A stretch of DNA of 64,000 bases from Eledone cirrhosa (taxonomy: Eukaryota), in NCBI GenBank assembly GCA_964016885.1, contig OZ024743.1, positions 240,808,001-240,872,000 on the forward strand. Direction: 5' to 3'. Under the pieces are notes generated by a model that was given only the letters and a program-made list of their open reading frames with translations, had not been told where the DNA came from and did no database searches. Position numbers and translations under genes: made by a program. Position 1 is the first letter of the stretch; each line of letters starts with the position of its first letter. Shown one piece after another: positions 24,026 to 39,409 of this stretch.

Positions 24026-27000
24026 GAGTAGGATGTTTGAATGCACTTGGCCTAGGCTCGACTTGGAAGCAAGCAAAGCTTCTAAATGACCTCAGCTCAT
24101 GTGGTATAAATGTAATGGTTATCTGTGAGACTCGGATCAGCGTCGTGAGGCAGCTGGCCCCTACCTTCGATGACTTTGAGGTGCATGCATCTCTCTGTCA
24201 ACCTGGAGGGGGGGGGGGGTTGTCGTACTGCTGCAAAAACACCTGGGTCTTGCCGTACAGGTTGTGCACTCGGACCCGGAGGGTCGTTTGTTGGTGCTAG
24301 ACGTTGGTAGTAGTGAAGGTGCGGCCTTAAGACTGGTCGCCGTCTACTCCCCTTACGGAGCTGAACGGCTGGACTTCTTCCAGCGTTTAGAGACTTTTCT
24401 GGGAACGTCGCGTTCCCTGCTTCTAGCGGGGGATTGGAATGACATCCTGGATGCACGTTGGGACTATGCAGGAGCATGTCCTAATAGAGGGGGTGTAACA
24501 GCCTCAAGGGGTTACTCGACCGTTTTAACTTGGTCGATAGATATCGACTAGATTTTCCAACTGTGCCTACCTGGACTTGGAGAAACCACAGTGGTCAATC
24601 TAGATCGTACTTAGATAGATTCTTAGTTAGAAGTAAGGATAGGGACATATTAAGCTGTCCAGAAATGCGCACGGTTGGCTACACGGATCACAAATTAGTG
24701 ACCTGCTTAGTCAATCTCGAGAAAACACATAAACAGGGTCCCGGTTACTGGAAACTTAATTTTTCTTTACCGGCAAAAGAGACTTACAGAAACCGGATTA
24801 GCAGATTAGTTAAGGAGAGGTTGACGGGTGCAATGGTCAACAACCGATGGTGGGCATCTCTCAAAAGAGAGATTAAAACAGAATCAATAAGTTATAGCAA
24901 GATGTTAGCTGCCGATAGGAATAGAAACGAGAAAGAATTAACAGGTAAATTAGAAGAGGCAATCAAGAGCGAAGTTGTGGCCAGAGTGCTGGCATCGAGG
25001 ACGGCCTTGAACCAGTTTTTCGATGCAAAGCACGAAGGCTGCGTCATTCGAAGTAAAATACGTGCTCTAGGTAATGAGGGGGCCAAAGCCGTTGGCTGGG
25101 CCCGCGTGACAGAAGCTAAGAGTGGAAATCGATCCACCATCCGGTCGTTGCAAGACGAAGATGGACGGGTGATCCGGGAGCCTAAGCAGATGTGCGAGGC
25201 CTTTCAAAGGCACTTTGCCCGATTGTTCGGGGGAGGCGAGGGTCCGGGCGGGGACGTGGATTTCAGTCCATACCTCGACGGCCTGCCGCGTCTCTCGAGC
25301 GAAGAGGCAGAGTCCTGCGAGGGACCAATCTCGGCTGATGAGATATGAGATGCGCTGAGCCAATGCAGCAGACGCAAATCTCCAGGTCTCGATGGTATAC
25401 CTTACGAACTTTATTTAGCAATGCCGGTCTTCTTCTCCGAACTCCTCGAAGCGGTCTACTGCAATTGGCAGCAGAACGGGAGAATTCCTTGTTCTGTAGC
25501 CAAGGGCGTAGTCACGCTGGTGAGGAAGGACGAGAACAAGGGAGATAGTATAAATAATTTTCGGCCCATAACCCTGCTAAACACAGAGTTAAAGATTTTG
25601 GCCAAGGTGTTAGCAAAGAGGTTGGCGCTTGTCGTGGGTGGCCTGCTGGGAGATGCGCAGACATGTGCTATCCCATCCAGGTCCATTCACGATAACCTCC
25701 ACCTCATGCGATACATCATAGAGAGGGTTGGCAACAAACCCGGCTTCGGTGGGGCCCTGATCAACTTGGATCAGTCTAAGGCCTTCAATAGGGTCGACCA
25801 TGGTTACCTGGATGCGGTGCTAGCGGCGGCTGGGTTCGGTCCTGTTTTCAGAGGCTGGATCACTGCCTTACATAGCAAACACATATGTTCTAGGATCAAG
25901 GTGAACGGCTACCTTTCGAAGCCGTTCGAAATCACACGATCCATTCGACAGGGGTGCCCTCTCTCCTCCCTTCTGTACGTATTGACTCTCGAGCCTTTAC
26001 TGAGGAAGTTGGAGTTGTTGTAGGGTATCCCCCTGGAACCAGGATTGAGCAAAGCGGTGTCGGCCGACGCCGATGACGTAACAGTAATGGTATCGACCGA
26101 CTCGGAGATCGAGGCGATCGGTACCTTACTGGAGGATTACGAAAGGTTGTCAGGAGCGAAACTGAACCGGGAAAAATCCATCGGGCTGCAACTCGGAACG
26201 TGGAGAGGCAGACCGATGCCTCCCGACGGTGTCGTCGGACACTGGACGGAGGGCTCGGTAAAGTTGCTTGGGGTCTGGTTTGGACCGGACCTCCAGGTGG
26301 AAAAGAACTGGAACGAGGTTACGAACAAGGTGTTTGCACTAACCCAGAAATGGGCCAAGTGTAAGCTGTCCCTAAAAGGCCGGGCGGAGGTGGCGAACAT
26401 TTACATAGCGTCCGTCACTTACTACCGCCTGACTGTCGTGCCTTGCCCTAAGGAAACACTCACCACCATGGAACGCATGCTCTTCCAATTTCTTTGGAAG
26501 AAGCGCCCTCCTATGGTGAGAAGATCCATCTGCTGCCAACAACCTTCGAAAGGAGGGCTGGGGATGCCGTGGTTGATGATGCGTAGGCACGCATTAAGGC
26601 TACGGGACCTACAGGTATTCCTCACTGGTCAACCGGTGTGGGCTCCGTTCGTGAAACGAGCCTTTCCGAGACTCGTCTCGCTCACCGAGCTACAGTCCTG
26701 GGTCAAGCAAAGATCCGGAAAACTGGGAGACTGGCACACTGAGTGTGCTCAGGCGCTCAGGGCTCTCTGGCAAGCGGGCCAGGCCATCGGTGGAGAATCC
26801 ACCTCATCATTCTATAGAGGGCTGGTGGCTAGCAGGGGCGATGACACCCTTGGAGAGTCGCTGGACATGGAAGAAGACGAACTGGCCAGCCTGTTCAGTA
26901 GGACTTTCGGCCCAGGACCAATGGACAACTTCCAGAAGTCACTGGCCTGGCAGTGCTACCGAGGGGCTCTACCCGTTCGAGAGAGGCTCTACAGACACGG

Positions 27001-27448
27001 GCGCCCGGGCAGGGATCCCTCAAAAAAGATTTGCCCTAGATGCGTGCGTCACGAAGAAACCGTTGCGCACGCATTGGTGCAATGTCCGAGCGTGGCTGAT
27101 CTGTGGGGCTACGCCGAACGACTGCTGTCGTGGGTGGCGCCGATTCAATTGACCGCCGAGTCCGTGATGACAATCAAACCGCCTCCCCTCTTCACGAAGG
27201 AAGCAAAGGCGGTTTTTCTGTGCGTAATAGCCATGTTGAAAGAGGTTGTTTGGTGGACACGATTGAAAGGTCTGAAGTCAGGCAACTTCCTCTCTAGCCA
27301 TAGTCTGGTCTACTTCTTCCGATATCACTTCGGAAGAAGGATAAGAATGGAGAGAGAGGTGCTTGGCCACAGGCAGTTTTATGAAAGGTGGGTGATAGTG
27401 GCGAGAATGGCTCGTGTAAATGGGCCTTCTCTGTATACCATCCTGTAG
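24013..27448 (+). pseudogene. LINE ORF2 (APE endonuclease, RT, C-terminal zinc finger), disrupted
   Basis: GCLNALGL, ICET, AGDWN, SYLDRFL, YTDH, GYWKLN, KSPGLDG, NFRPITLLN, LDQSKAFNRVDH, IRQGCPLS, DADDV (YADD mutated), CPRC..ETVAHALVQC. Frameshifts and a TAG at 26021. Confidence 0.92.
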
Positions 27449-27661
27449 GTAAAGAAGTAAAGGAGAGGGGAACACCTTCTCCATGTGCTCCCCGGGCAAA
27501 GGATTGCACACTTTTTCGGGGGTGTGTGCACCCCCATCACGTCCCCTCCCTTTTGAGGTTATTTTCGATTATTTTCATTTTATACCCTTTTTACTCGATT
27601 GTATGTAAACTCCCCCTTTGTATTTGTCCCTTCTTTTTATGCCTTTATGGTAAATAAAGAA

Positions 27662-27719
<58 letters not shown>

Positions 27720-28751
27720 ATAAAATCAATCACATAACGTACGGCATATTTCATACATATTGTAAAGGAGTTTTCTGGTTTTCCTGTATTCCAGACTATA
27801 CAGCCTTATTATTCAATATCCAACAAGAATTTACTGCCTTTCAATGAGGCAGACCGGAGGTTAATGCAACAAGGCAGCGAAGAAGCTACACATCTCCCCT
27901 AGACGTGCAAATAATGGTGGCTAAGTTAACCTCATATCTCATCTAAAACAATAACAACTAAATTACAGCCGTCACTCGCAATCAAGTATGATTTGGCAGT
28001 ATGTACCATGCTTTTGCGAAGGGTTTTAAGTGTCTATGGAATACCAAGCAAACACAGATACCTCCTCGACCGTTACTTCCTTGATCCAGGATGTGAAAGC
28101 TGGAAAGAGAGGCTGCAACTAGTACTCGGCTGGTACTATCTTTATCGACCTCGAAAGGATGAAAGGTTAAATGGTCCTCGACAGGATTTGAACTCAGAAT
28201 GCCGAGATCCGTAACAAATATCCGATGCATGATAATGAAGCGAACATCTCAAACACTTAGTTACGTTGAGTTCATACATAAAACAAAAGTAAAGTAATAC
28301 GTATAATATATAGGGTTTATAAAAATATTGCTTAGATCTGGATTCTGTGGTATTGAACAAATGGAAGACTGCTAGGCTTGAGAATCAGTCTCCTATTCTT
28401 CAGGAAACAAGGCACAGAATAAATACGTAGAATTGTGTGATCGTGAATAAGTGGGTGCTTATTGAATAGATCTAGCGATAGCGAAGAGGATCTAGATATA
28501 ACGTAAGGGATAGGGAGAAACGTAGAGAGAGATAAAGAGAGTGAGGGAGAAAGAGAGAAAGCGAAAGAGAGAGAGAGAGAGAAAGAGAGAGGGAGTGAGG
28601 GAGAGAGAGAGAAAGAGAGAGGGAGTGAGGGAGAGAGAGAACTCACAAGATAAGCTACATGATTTGTGTGTGTGTGTGTAAGTATGTGTGCACGTATATG
28701 TATGTATATATACGTTTATCTATATATGCATATATATATATATATGTATAC

Positions 28752-28822
<71 letters not shown>

Positions 28823-29190
28823 TATAAAGACCCACTTACATACCCCCCCCATATATATATACAATGTATATTGAAAAAGAAAGAGCAAGTGTGATTTTAT
28901 ATATGCAGTTAATGCAATTGATGTGCTTCTGATATACGACACAAAAGACATGAATTTAGCACTCTGCTACACATTTGTACAAGTTGATGCAGCTGGGTTT
29001 GCAATTATGTTATTGCATTGTATTACTTCAGTGCATCTAAGTGTAACATGTTGTATATAGCTTTTAAACATAATGATGAGGAGGTGGATAGATATGCACG
29101 TATAAATAGGGGCGGGTGGGTAATGAGGGCTAGATGGTGGTATGTATACACACCTACACATATATACATATATATATAAATACACGTATA

Positions 29191-29295
<105 letters not shown>

Positions 29296-29450
29296 ACACA
29301 CACACACACACATACAGCACACACACATATATATATATATATATCATTTAACGATAGAAAGGGGAGAAAGAGATAAAACGGAGAAATATTGAAGAAAGAA
29401 TGAGATTAATGTTAAGTGAGTGAAGGTGTAGAAACATCGATATCGACTGC

Positions 29451-29488
<38 letters not shown>

Positions 29489-29565
29489 ATGAATGAAGAA
29501 TGGCGTGCTGCGTTGTTGCGAACATGAACATATGAATACAAATAGACAAGGGGTAAAATGTCCTC

Positions 29566-29796
29566 TTCAGTAGTCTGCTGATTATCGTTGGTATTTCGAC
29601 GCATTAAAGACTAGATACCTAAAATCAGTGCGAGCGATATAATGTATCCTGTGGGCTTAAGCCCGACAAAACCATGTGTTTGTTTCCTTCCCTCTGTTTT
29701 CCCACTGTCCCGATAACTTAATTGAGTTATCGCTCGCACTGATTTTAGGTATCTAGGTCTTTAATGCGTAAATACCAACGATAATCAGCAGACTAC

Positions 29797-29800
<4 letters not shown>
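29566..29800. repeat. Fold-back inverted repeat, ~73-bp arms, abutting (TA)n
   Basis: 29566-29639 is the reverse complement of 29728-29800 with small indels; internal palindromes GGGCTTAAGCCC and CGATAACTTAATTGAGTTATCG. Confidence 0.9.
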
Positions 29801-29853
<53 letters not shown>

Positions 29854-30196
29854 ATACATACAGACACACATACATACAGAAGAAGAAGAAGAAGAAGAAG
29901 AAGAAGAAGAAGAAGAAGAAGAAGAAGAAGAAGAAGAAGAAGAAGAAATTTTCCGAGTATCGATCTAGTATTTTGTCCTCCCGTAGATCACTGGAATGGA
30001 CAGTACAAACGCATTCGTTGGTTTAACGCCTCCCCGCTCTTGCCAATTCACGACTTCCAGACAAGAGTCTTAAAACTTCTGACGTTGGGTTTCAAAACTG
30101 TTTGAGTGTGATTTAGCTGATCTTTCTATGAGATCAGGTGACTATGTAAATATTCACTCGTTAGCTCGTACGTAAACTACAGCCAGATTATCATTA

Positions 30197-30390
30197 TGGT
30201 GGATTGGCAGTATCGGTAGAGGTTCGGACGCCATGCTTTCCAGGATAGAGTTATGTCCTTTTATGATCTGTGTTCAAATCCCGCCGAGGTTAACTTTGTT
30301 CTTCATCCTTACGGGGTCGATAAAATAAAGTACCATTAATGCACTGGGATAAGTTCTGGCCTTGTGCCAAAAGTAGAAACAATTATTATT
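30197..30390 (+). mobile_element. SINE copy, full length
   Basis: Head, B-box-like GTGTTCAAATCC, central domain and tail. Confidence 0.9.
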
Positions 30391-30618
30391 GTGGTGGTGG
30401 TGGTGGTGATTGTGGTGGTGGTGATGGTGGTGGAGGAAATGGTGGAGAAGGCGGAGGTGCAAAGCTTTCAGAAAAGATACACACGAAACCTTAATGTTGT
30501 CGCTCTATTTCTTAGAAATAAACAAATATCCATGAAATGATACATTAAAACAGGCTTCATTCAATAATATAGTCCTAGGTACCCTGTGTCTCAATATAAA
30601 ATAGAATGGTAAAGGCTA

Positions 30619-30860
30619 GAATATCTTTGATCATAGGTGTGCCCGAGCAGGGTACGAAAGACTTCGATCATAAGTCTGCTCGATCAAGGCGAGAAAGATC
30701 TTGATCACAAGTCTACTCGATCACGGTGGGAATGCGTTTGATTATAGGTGTACCCAATCAGAGCTGGAATAACTTTGATCATATATATTCTTGATCAGGG
30801 CTGGAATTACTTTGATCATAAGTGTGGTCGATCAGGACTGGTTTGGGACAAAGGAACAAC
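30619..30860. repeat. Degenerate ~37-bp tandem repeat, ~6 units
   Basis: TTGATCAT/TCGATCA motifs at ~37-bp spacing; related single units near 34400, 37060 and 60595. Confidence 0.7.
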
Positions 30861-31009
30861 CCACCTACAAACAGTTTTATCAATACAGTTACTGCTCTCT
30901 CTGAGAAAATACTCTGAACTATTGATTGGTTTGTTCATCATCTCCCCTTTCACATCTAAATATTTGATGAGGCCATTGTTCACGAATACACACACACACA
31001 CACACACAG

Positions 31010-31045
<36 letters not shown>

Positions 31046-31080
31046 GCATCTATGTATATATATATATATATATATGTATG

Positions 31081-31115
<35 letters not shown>

Positions 31116-31146
31116 GTATGTATATATATGTATGCATATATATATA

Positions 31147-31184
<38 letters not shown>

Positions 31185-31300
31185 TATACATTACATATAT
31201 ACATACACACACATATATATATATATACATACATATATATATATATAATGTGGAAAGAGATATAAGGCTAAACAATGCAAAATGGACTGTAAGACGAAGG

Positions 31301-31351
<51 letters not shown>

Positions 31352-31964
31352 CATAATTATATGTAGATATTTGCGTGTGTTCATGTATGTGTCTAAATAA
31401 TACACAATCAGTTGGCACCAAACTCTGTCACATCACTTGTTTATTTTGAAAATCTTTTTTTGAAAAAGCTTTTGAAAATCTTTAGAAGAATGTCTTCCAG
31501 AGTTCCTCTGGCATGATAGCTGTCTTATGTTGGTAACAAAGTAACAAAACGTAGAATTTTAGGAAGCTAGCGGTAGTCTTTATCAGCAGATCTATGTCTA
31601 AAAATTTACATATTACAATAAATTATTCTGCTGTTGAGAAGAGTAATCTAGCGTGGGGGAGTGTGTATGAAGCAGAGAGAGAAAGAGAAGGGGGGGGGTG
31701 GAGCAAAGACAGCGAAGGAGAAAGAAAGAAGAAGAGAGTAAAATAGAGAGAGAGACAGAGAGGGAGACAGAGAGAGAGAAAGAGAGAGACAGAGAGACAG
31801 AGAGGAAGAAAGGCATGGAGAATGATGTGGAGGGGGAATCAGGAAATGTTATTATCAGGGCGCAATTTATTTCTCCATTTAAAATACTACACTTTTCTAC
31901 ACAACAAAATAATCTATACCTCGTTGCAACATTTTCTGTCTTTTACAAGTGCATGTATAGCCGT

Positions 31965-32093
<129 letters not shown>

Positions 32094-32094
32094 C

Positions 32095-32171
<77 letters not shown>

Positions 32172-32745
32172 GTTAGAAAAGCTTCCTTCAAAATCTGGTT
32201 CGTTGTTCCATCACACTATAAGACTTTTCTGAAGAGAGTCTTGTCAACGATTTAGCATTCATATTCTAAAATCTTAATCATACGGGCTTTTTTTTTTAAA
32301 ACTATCATATAATAGACATCACATCGTCCAATCTGTCTTCCTATATTCTCCCTTCTTACCTTTTCTACGCGTTCGTGTTATTCTTCTTTGTCTACACGTT
32401 GGACAAGTGTCCATATCATTTTCTTGTTTTACTAATTCTCTCCTTTCTATATTTTTTCTCCTTCGGTTAAGCCCTCGCACACCGTTCTCTCATTTCTTTG
32501 TCAATTGACGCACCTGGGATACCTTTCCCTCTATATTTGTTTAATTCGCCTAATGGCATAACTGGTCCCTGCTTGTTTTGTTATGTCCCAATGTGTACTG
32601 GAATGAACGGATCAAGCTTAATATACCGAAACTATAGTGATTTCCAGAAGTTGACTAAGGAGATCGAACTGTCCATCTTTCCGTTTTTTATTTCCCATTG
32701 TTTTTTACCTCTGCGCTCCCTATTTTGAATCCATATTCTAAAGAC

Positions 32746-32910
<165 letters not shown>

Positions 32911-33092
32911 TATTATATATATATAAGCAATGAGTTATTTAAGTTGTTAATTATTCAACAAATTTAATTTATAACAGATTAGAATCACTCAACAGCTTTC
33001 TTCTGGGGTATAATATCAATAATATTAATAAATGGAAACTATTTAAAAATAAATATGGTTTTATAAAGATAGCTTCCATTTATTAATATTAT

Positions 33093-33165
<73 letters not shown>

Positions 33166-33289
33166 TATCGTAGACATATCCAAGACCCCCAGTAGACAAC
33201 TGCTGAGGAAAACTCCCCTCCCATTCTTGCTCTCTTCTTATTATCATTCCGATTATAAGCTATATATATATATATATATATACCTATAT

Positions 33290-33338
<49 letters not shown>

Positions 33339-33447
33339 GGTGTCTGTGTGTTTGTGTGTGTGTGTATGCATGTCTGTATATCTAAATATATACGGGTAAA
33401 CAAGTAACCCTACCATGCACAAACATAAATCATGTGGTTTCTTTGCG

Positions 33448-33524
<77 letters not shown>

Positions 33525-34588
33525 CTATCTCTCTATATATATCTCTCTCTCGATCTCTCGATCTCTCGATCTCTCGATCTCTTTCTCTTTATCACCCTAA
33601 CGGAATATTTATTTCCGGAAAATTCCCAAAGCAACATTTACTAGTAGATATCACATGATATCTCACGAACCGAAGAAGCTAAACAACTTTAGAAGAATGG
33701 TTTTATAATGCTGCTTCTTAAATATCATTAAATTGTTTGCTTTATTCTGCAATTCAGATTTTACGCGACAATGTATACTGTATACAGTGTGGTTGCGTCG
33801 GGTCTACTGTATGTATGGACTTGTAACCCTTGATGAAGTTGTAGAGGCATCGTAGTGACATACAGCGTTTCTTGGGTATTTTAAAGCCTAGCGGAGCCCA
33901 TCTCCTTTTCAGATTTGAAAAGAGAAGATTTCTTCAAGAGAATAATAGAGAATGGGTGAGACGAAGTGTGAAAGAGATATAGAGAAAGAATCGACTCCAA
34001 TACTAGACTGGTACTGTTTTTATAGATCTCGAAAGGATGAAAGGCAAAGTTTACCCCGATTTGAAATCAGAAAGCAGATAGCAGGAATGAATACCACAAA
34101 CCAGTATCCGACGTTCTAATGACTCTGCCAATTCAGTGCTAATACGTGTTGACCATGTCGAAACAAGCAATATCAACGTAAGTGAAATTAATTAGGAAAC
34201 AGCCTGGAAACAAAAGCAAGTTTTTGTTTCACAAGATAATTGCCATACTGCCGCAACAATAACAAGGAATTATAACGTCGAGCCAACGTGTGAGTCGTTA
34301 TGTTCTCATTCGATATGCTATAAATAGAAATGGTATAGTGGTTATGAAGCTAAATATATCATATTTGAACAAAAAAGATGTGATGGTCATAATTGGAAGG
34401 TCTTTTGATCATATAATCTGCTCAACAAGGGATGGAATGAGGCTAAATACCAAAATCGATATAATCAATTAGATCAAGAAAAATATCTAGTGACCAAAGT
34501 AGCACCTAAGTGGTAGTTCTGTCTGCTATAATTATATATTGATGTGTGTGTGTGCGCGTATGTGTGTGCGTGTGCCTGCGTGTGATTG

Positions 34589-34635
<47 letters not shown>

Positions 34636-35309
34636 ATTTGTAAATCCCGATGGAGTCGCCTCATGACACGGTGTTTTTTTGGAAATTTAAACGAGTTGGA
34701 GCCCATCCCTTCTCCAGATTTGAAAACAATCGATTTCTTCTAGAAAAGGAGAGATAGAATAATAGAAAGGAAGTGAGAATGAGATGCATAGGGAGTACCA
34801 ATCCACACTTCCAGACTGGTACTTTTTATAAATCTCAAAAGGATGAAGCAAAGTTGACTTCGCTGGTATTTGAACTCAGGGTGCGCAGAAAGCCGGAACG
34901 AATACTGCAAAATATCACATCTGACCTTCTAATGATATGGTCAATTCGCTATATATAACAGCCAAATTCTCTCTCAAATCACCGGTAACCGTCTTTAAAA
35001 ACAGAGTCATGTAAAATTAATGAAATAGCTGTTGATAACGAGTGAGCCAAACCTCGTCGGTATTTTACTTCTGAAATAGAATGTTGTGATGTACGATGTT
35101 CCAACCGTCTCTCCTTTTGTTTTGCACAAGTCTACATTATTTAATATAAATTTACTTTTTATATAAAGGTTGAAAAAGTGTGATTTAGACAATTTATACC
35201 ACTTTCAGGTCATTTAATTAAATTCTATAAATATACGTTCAAGCAATTATAGAAGAAATCGAGACTGAATTTGCCTAAGTCATAATGCGTTGTGTTGCTC
35301 ATGCATGGG

Positions 35310-36680
35310 TATATTGGTATAATCAGTAGAGTGTAGGACAAAATGCTTAGCGGCATAGAGTTACGGCCCTTTACGTTCTGAGTTCAAATCCCACCGAGGT
35401 TAGCTTTGCCTTTCATCTTTACGGGGTCGATAAAATAAAATACCAGTAATGCACTGGAGTCGATTTAATCGAATTTCCCTTTCCTCTCAAATTGTTGGCC
35501 TTGTGCCTAAATCAGAAACCATTATTAATGACAGTATTGGTAGAGGGTCGGACGCTATACTTTACAGTATAGAGTTATGACCCTTTACAGTCTGGGAGTA
35601 ATTGCTGGCCTTGTGCAAAAGTAGAAACAATTATTAGTGACATGTAATGACGGCGGACAAAAATACTTTGGGCTATTTGTTGCGGTACAAATTTGCTTTT
35701 CATCCTTCTGGGATTACTCAAATAAAGTACCAGTCCATTACTGGGATGATTTCATTGACTGACCCCTTTCCATCAGATTTCTGGCCCCGTGCCTAAATAT
35801 TACCGAGACGAATATGCAATATAGCTACAAGTAAGCTATCGAAGCCTTATCATCGATCTGTTTTAGCTCTGTGACTATAGATACTTCTATCTGTCTGTGT
35901 ATCTGTATTTGCGCTGGCGTGTCAGTGCTATGGTTTTACTGTAATCGCTCACTTCCAATCGATTAGCTGATAGTCAATAATAAGATTACCATTACATGCT
36001 ATAAACAAGAGATTATCGCTACCACGAGGAATTATCGCAATTAATTCTCGCTAGGAATTATTCTTAACCTAAAATCCCATTAGATTTCTTATAACTCAGA
36101 ATTCACCCCCACGTCACTGACAACAACTACCTTCAGTTATATGTACTTGAAACTAAAAATATTACAAAATGGCGAAGCCGTGTATCTACTCGACTGCTCG
36201 ACCTGCAGGAATCAGCAGCCAAATCCGCTTCACATCTTGCTATTTTTTAAAGGGGTTTCAATATATTTGTTATTCTTTTGTGACAACATGCTTTGCGGCA
36301 TATAGTTACATCCCTTTAAGTTCTGAGTCGATACGGGGTCTGAGTTTATTGGGGTCGATAACATAAAGTACTACTAACGCACTGGGGTCAATTACATCGA
36401 CTTTCCCTCATCCAAAACTGTTGGCATTGTACCTAAATTTGAAATCGTTATTTAGTAAGGAGGATTAGAAATATCTGTAGAGCGTCGAACAACATGCTTT
36501 GTGGCATACAGTTACGTCCCTTTGCGTTCTGAGTTCAAAATCCTCCGAGGTTAGCTTTGCCTTTCATCCTTACTGGGTCGATAACTTAAAGTATCCAGTA
36601 ACGCACTGGGAGCGATTTAATAGACTTTCCCCCTCCTTCAAAATTGTTAGCTTTGTGCCTATATCAGAAACGATTATTTA
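35310..36680 (+). mobile_element. Cluster of about five SINE copies/fragments
   Basis: Copies near 35310-35525, 35530-35635, 35690-35800, 36285-36450 and 36460-36680. Confidence 0.8.
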
Positions 36681-39324
36681 GTGAGGAAAAACAGCAAAGT
36701 CCATGACCTTTTTCAGAGGTTTCTGAAATGAAGGACGAAAGTATTTTTAATTCGGAAAGCTAGCCTGAGTGTTTGTAAACATTGGTACTCCATTACAAGC
36801 ATTCAAAAGCCAATGGTCGTGTTAAATCAGGTGACCTATTAAGCTAAGGCTATGGTGAGATTTGAACTGAGAGTACAACATACCAGAGACATCCCATCCA
36901 TTACTCGAAGATTTCTACTAATTAAATACCAGTGTAATCCTAGACTGGTACTTCCTTAGTAGGCAGGATTTGACCTCAAATTCCAAGAAGCAAAAATAGA
37001 TGCCTGCTATTCTCAGACGCTCAACCGATTTTATCTGACGTGAGAGTCACTATTAGAACACCTTTGATCATCATCTGTTTAGTCAGTACTGCAATATTGC
37101 TATTTAACAACAACAACATTAACAATAAAGATATCATCACATAACCCCCCCCCCCCCACACACACACACACACCCACGACCATCTCAGTAGAGATAGTCA
37201 TAGCTATTTCCACGACAAAGAGATTATATTGCAGATAATCTTCAATAGGCATTATCCTATCTAATTTCAATTATCTTACTATATCTTCACTGAAAGGTTA
37301 ACATATTTAGCTGTCAGTAGACATTATTAACCAGTCTAAAACTCTATTGCGATTATCAGTAAAATGAGATTATACACAACGGTCATTTTGAAATATCACC
37401 ATGACGGTTGGTGCAAGAAAGGGAGCAAGAAATCATGTCTCATTTAGTTTTTTTCTCGACCACTTCTCAGCGAGCAAGACCTATGGCTAAAGGAATTACA
37501 TCTCTAATCATCCCTTCTGTTTATGTATTTATTCTTTTGCACAAAGCATTTTGATCAAGGATCGTGACTTTTCATTAAAACATATCGTCTCTAAGCCTAC
37601 ACTATTAAATGCGTCATTCCTCTATTAAGCCATTGATTTGAGTGGGATTTGGTTGCTCTTTCTAGCAGGCTTGTACATGCGTAATGATATGAGCGAAGGA
37701 ACTTTTTTTCGATAAGGAGCAGTGAGAGCGAACTTGGAACAGCATGATTCATAAATATAGGGCTATGTCATTTAATCAGTACATAATATTCCAATTTATA
37801 GTTAGAAGAGGTATTATCACGACTATCCCATTATATATAGAAGGAGATAGTCGAATCATCAGAATATAATGCCTTAATCAACTTTTCTTGGAGACAATTG
37901 ATGTTATCGATCAGTCAGCATTATATTATAGAATATCACTGATACAGCGTTTGTTGGGAATTAAAAACCTGGTAACTAGTGCACATTCGATTTCTTCCAG
38001 AGAGATAGAGATAGATAGAGAGAGGGGGAGAAGAAGAAGAAGAAGAAGAATTGGTCTATATATTGAACAGGCACTTTATTTATCGACCTCAAAAGGATGA
38101 AAAGGAAAATTGTCCTAAGCAGTATTTGAACTCAGAGAACTGGGAACCGGAATGAAACACCATTTAGCATTCTATGTGACTTTCTAACGATTCTAACGAA
38201 TTATATAAGATATTCCTCCGTTGGGATACTATTGTCATAGCTAATATAGATGGGCGACAGAATAGTTAGAGCTTTGAGTAAAATGACTCGCAGTATTTAA
38301 TTCGTGACTTCATTCAAATTCTACTCTAAAAATGATCGTTACAGCATTTGACAACAATCCTTTGCGTTATTTGATACGGCTTTTTTACGTTCTGACTTCA
38401 AATGTCACCAATCTCCATTTTACTTTTCATCCTACTTGGATCAATAGAATAATTTACCAGTCAAATACTGGGGCCATATAATGTACTGTTCCCTTCCCGC
38501 AAATTAGTGTTAGGAATATATAGTCAATAAGGCGAATTAGCGTACTTACAGAGTATACATACATTTTATAAATATATGCACATTTACAGATAGAATTGAA
38601 TACAATATATAATGTGTAAAATGCAACCTTTGGTCCAAAGGTATATCACAGACATTTTACACACAAGGTACAACATGGCTTGCTTTCTCAGAATTGCATT
38701 GACAATGTTCTTCGCAAAATGTGGGCACTACTACTAAGCACGATTTTCTAAATTTCTTTTGTATAAGGTTTATCTGGTATGTGATCCAAACATTTTAAAG
38801 TTTTCTTGTTTATTAAACCCAGTGCTTCAACTACAACTAGGATTCTGATGATTTTCACATGCCGCAATTTATTCAATCTCTATTTCGATATCATTGTACT
38901 TTGGATTTTTTTCAAATATTTCAAAATGAACATTGATATTCAAATTAAAAAAAAAAAGTATTACGTAAAATCGAAATAAAACGTACACAAAAGCTCCAGT
39001 AAATTAGTGGCTGATGGGACAGGAAGAAAATAACTTCCCCAATGGACGCGACGATTATATGATGCAAACGCTGATGGAGCTAAGATTTCAAATATTTTGG
39101 TGCAGAGCCAAAAGCACACTTAAGGGCAATAGAACATATTTTAAATTTTATTGGAAGAGATATAACATTTCAGCTGAATTCCAATAGACTGTCTATGTAT
39201 AAAATAAACATTAACTGGGATATAATCAGTGTTTTAACAACATATTTGTATCACATATTGTTGGTTTTGCTGTGGTTGCAGAACAGTTTATCCACCCATC
39301 TCTCTTTCTTTAAACTTTTTTCTC

Positions 39325-39409
<85 letters not shown>

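Larger units (their letters stand above)
21849..27662 (+). mobile_element. Near full-length L1-clade (Tx1-like) LINE inserted in (TATC)n
   Basis: 5' UTR, ORF1, ORF2 (APE-RT-CCHC), 3' UTR ending AATAAAGAA; (TATC)n at 21757-21848 and 27662-27718. Confidence 0.9.

Noticed and set aside
23037-27511. Antisense ORFs over the LINE
   Set aside because: Shadow frames of ORF1/ORF2 with no motifs.
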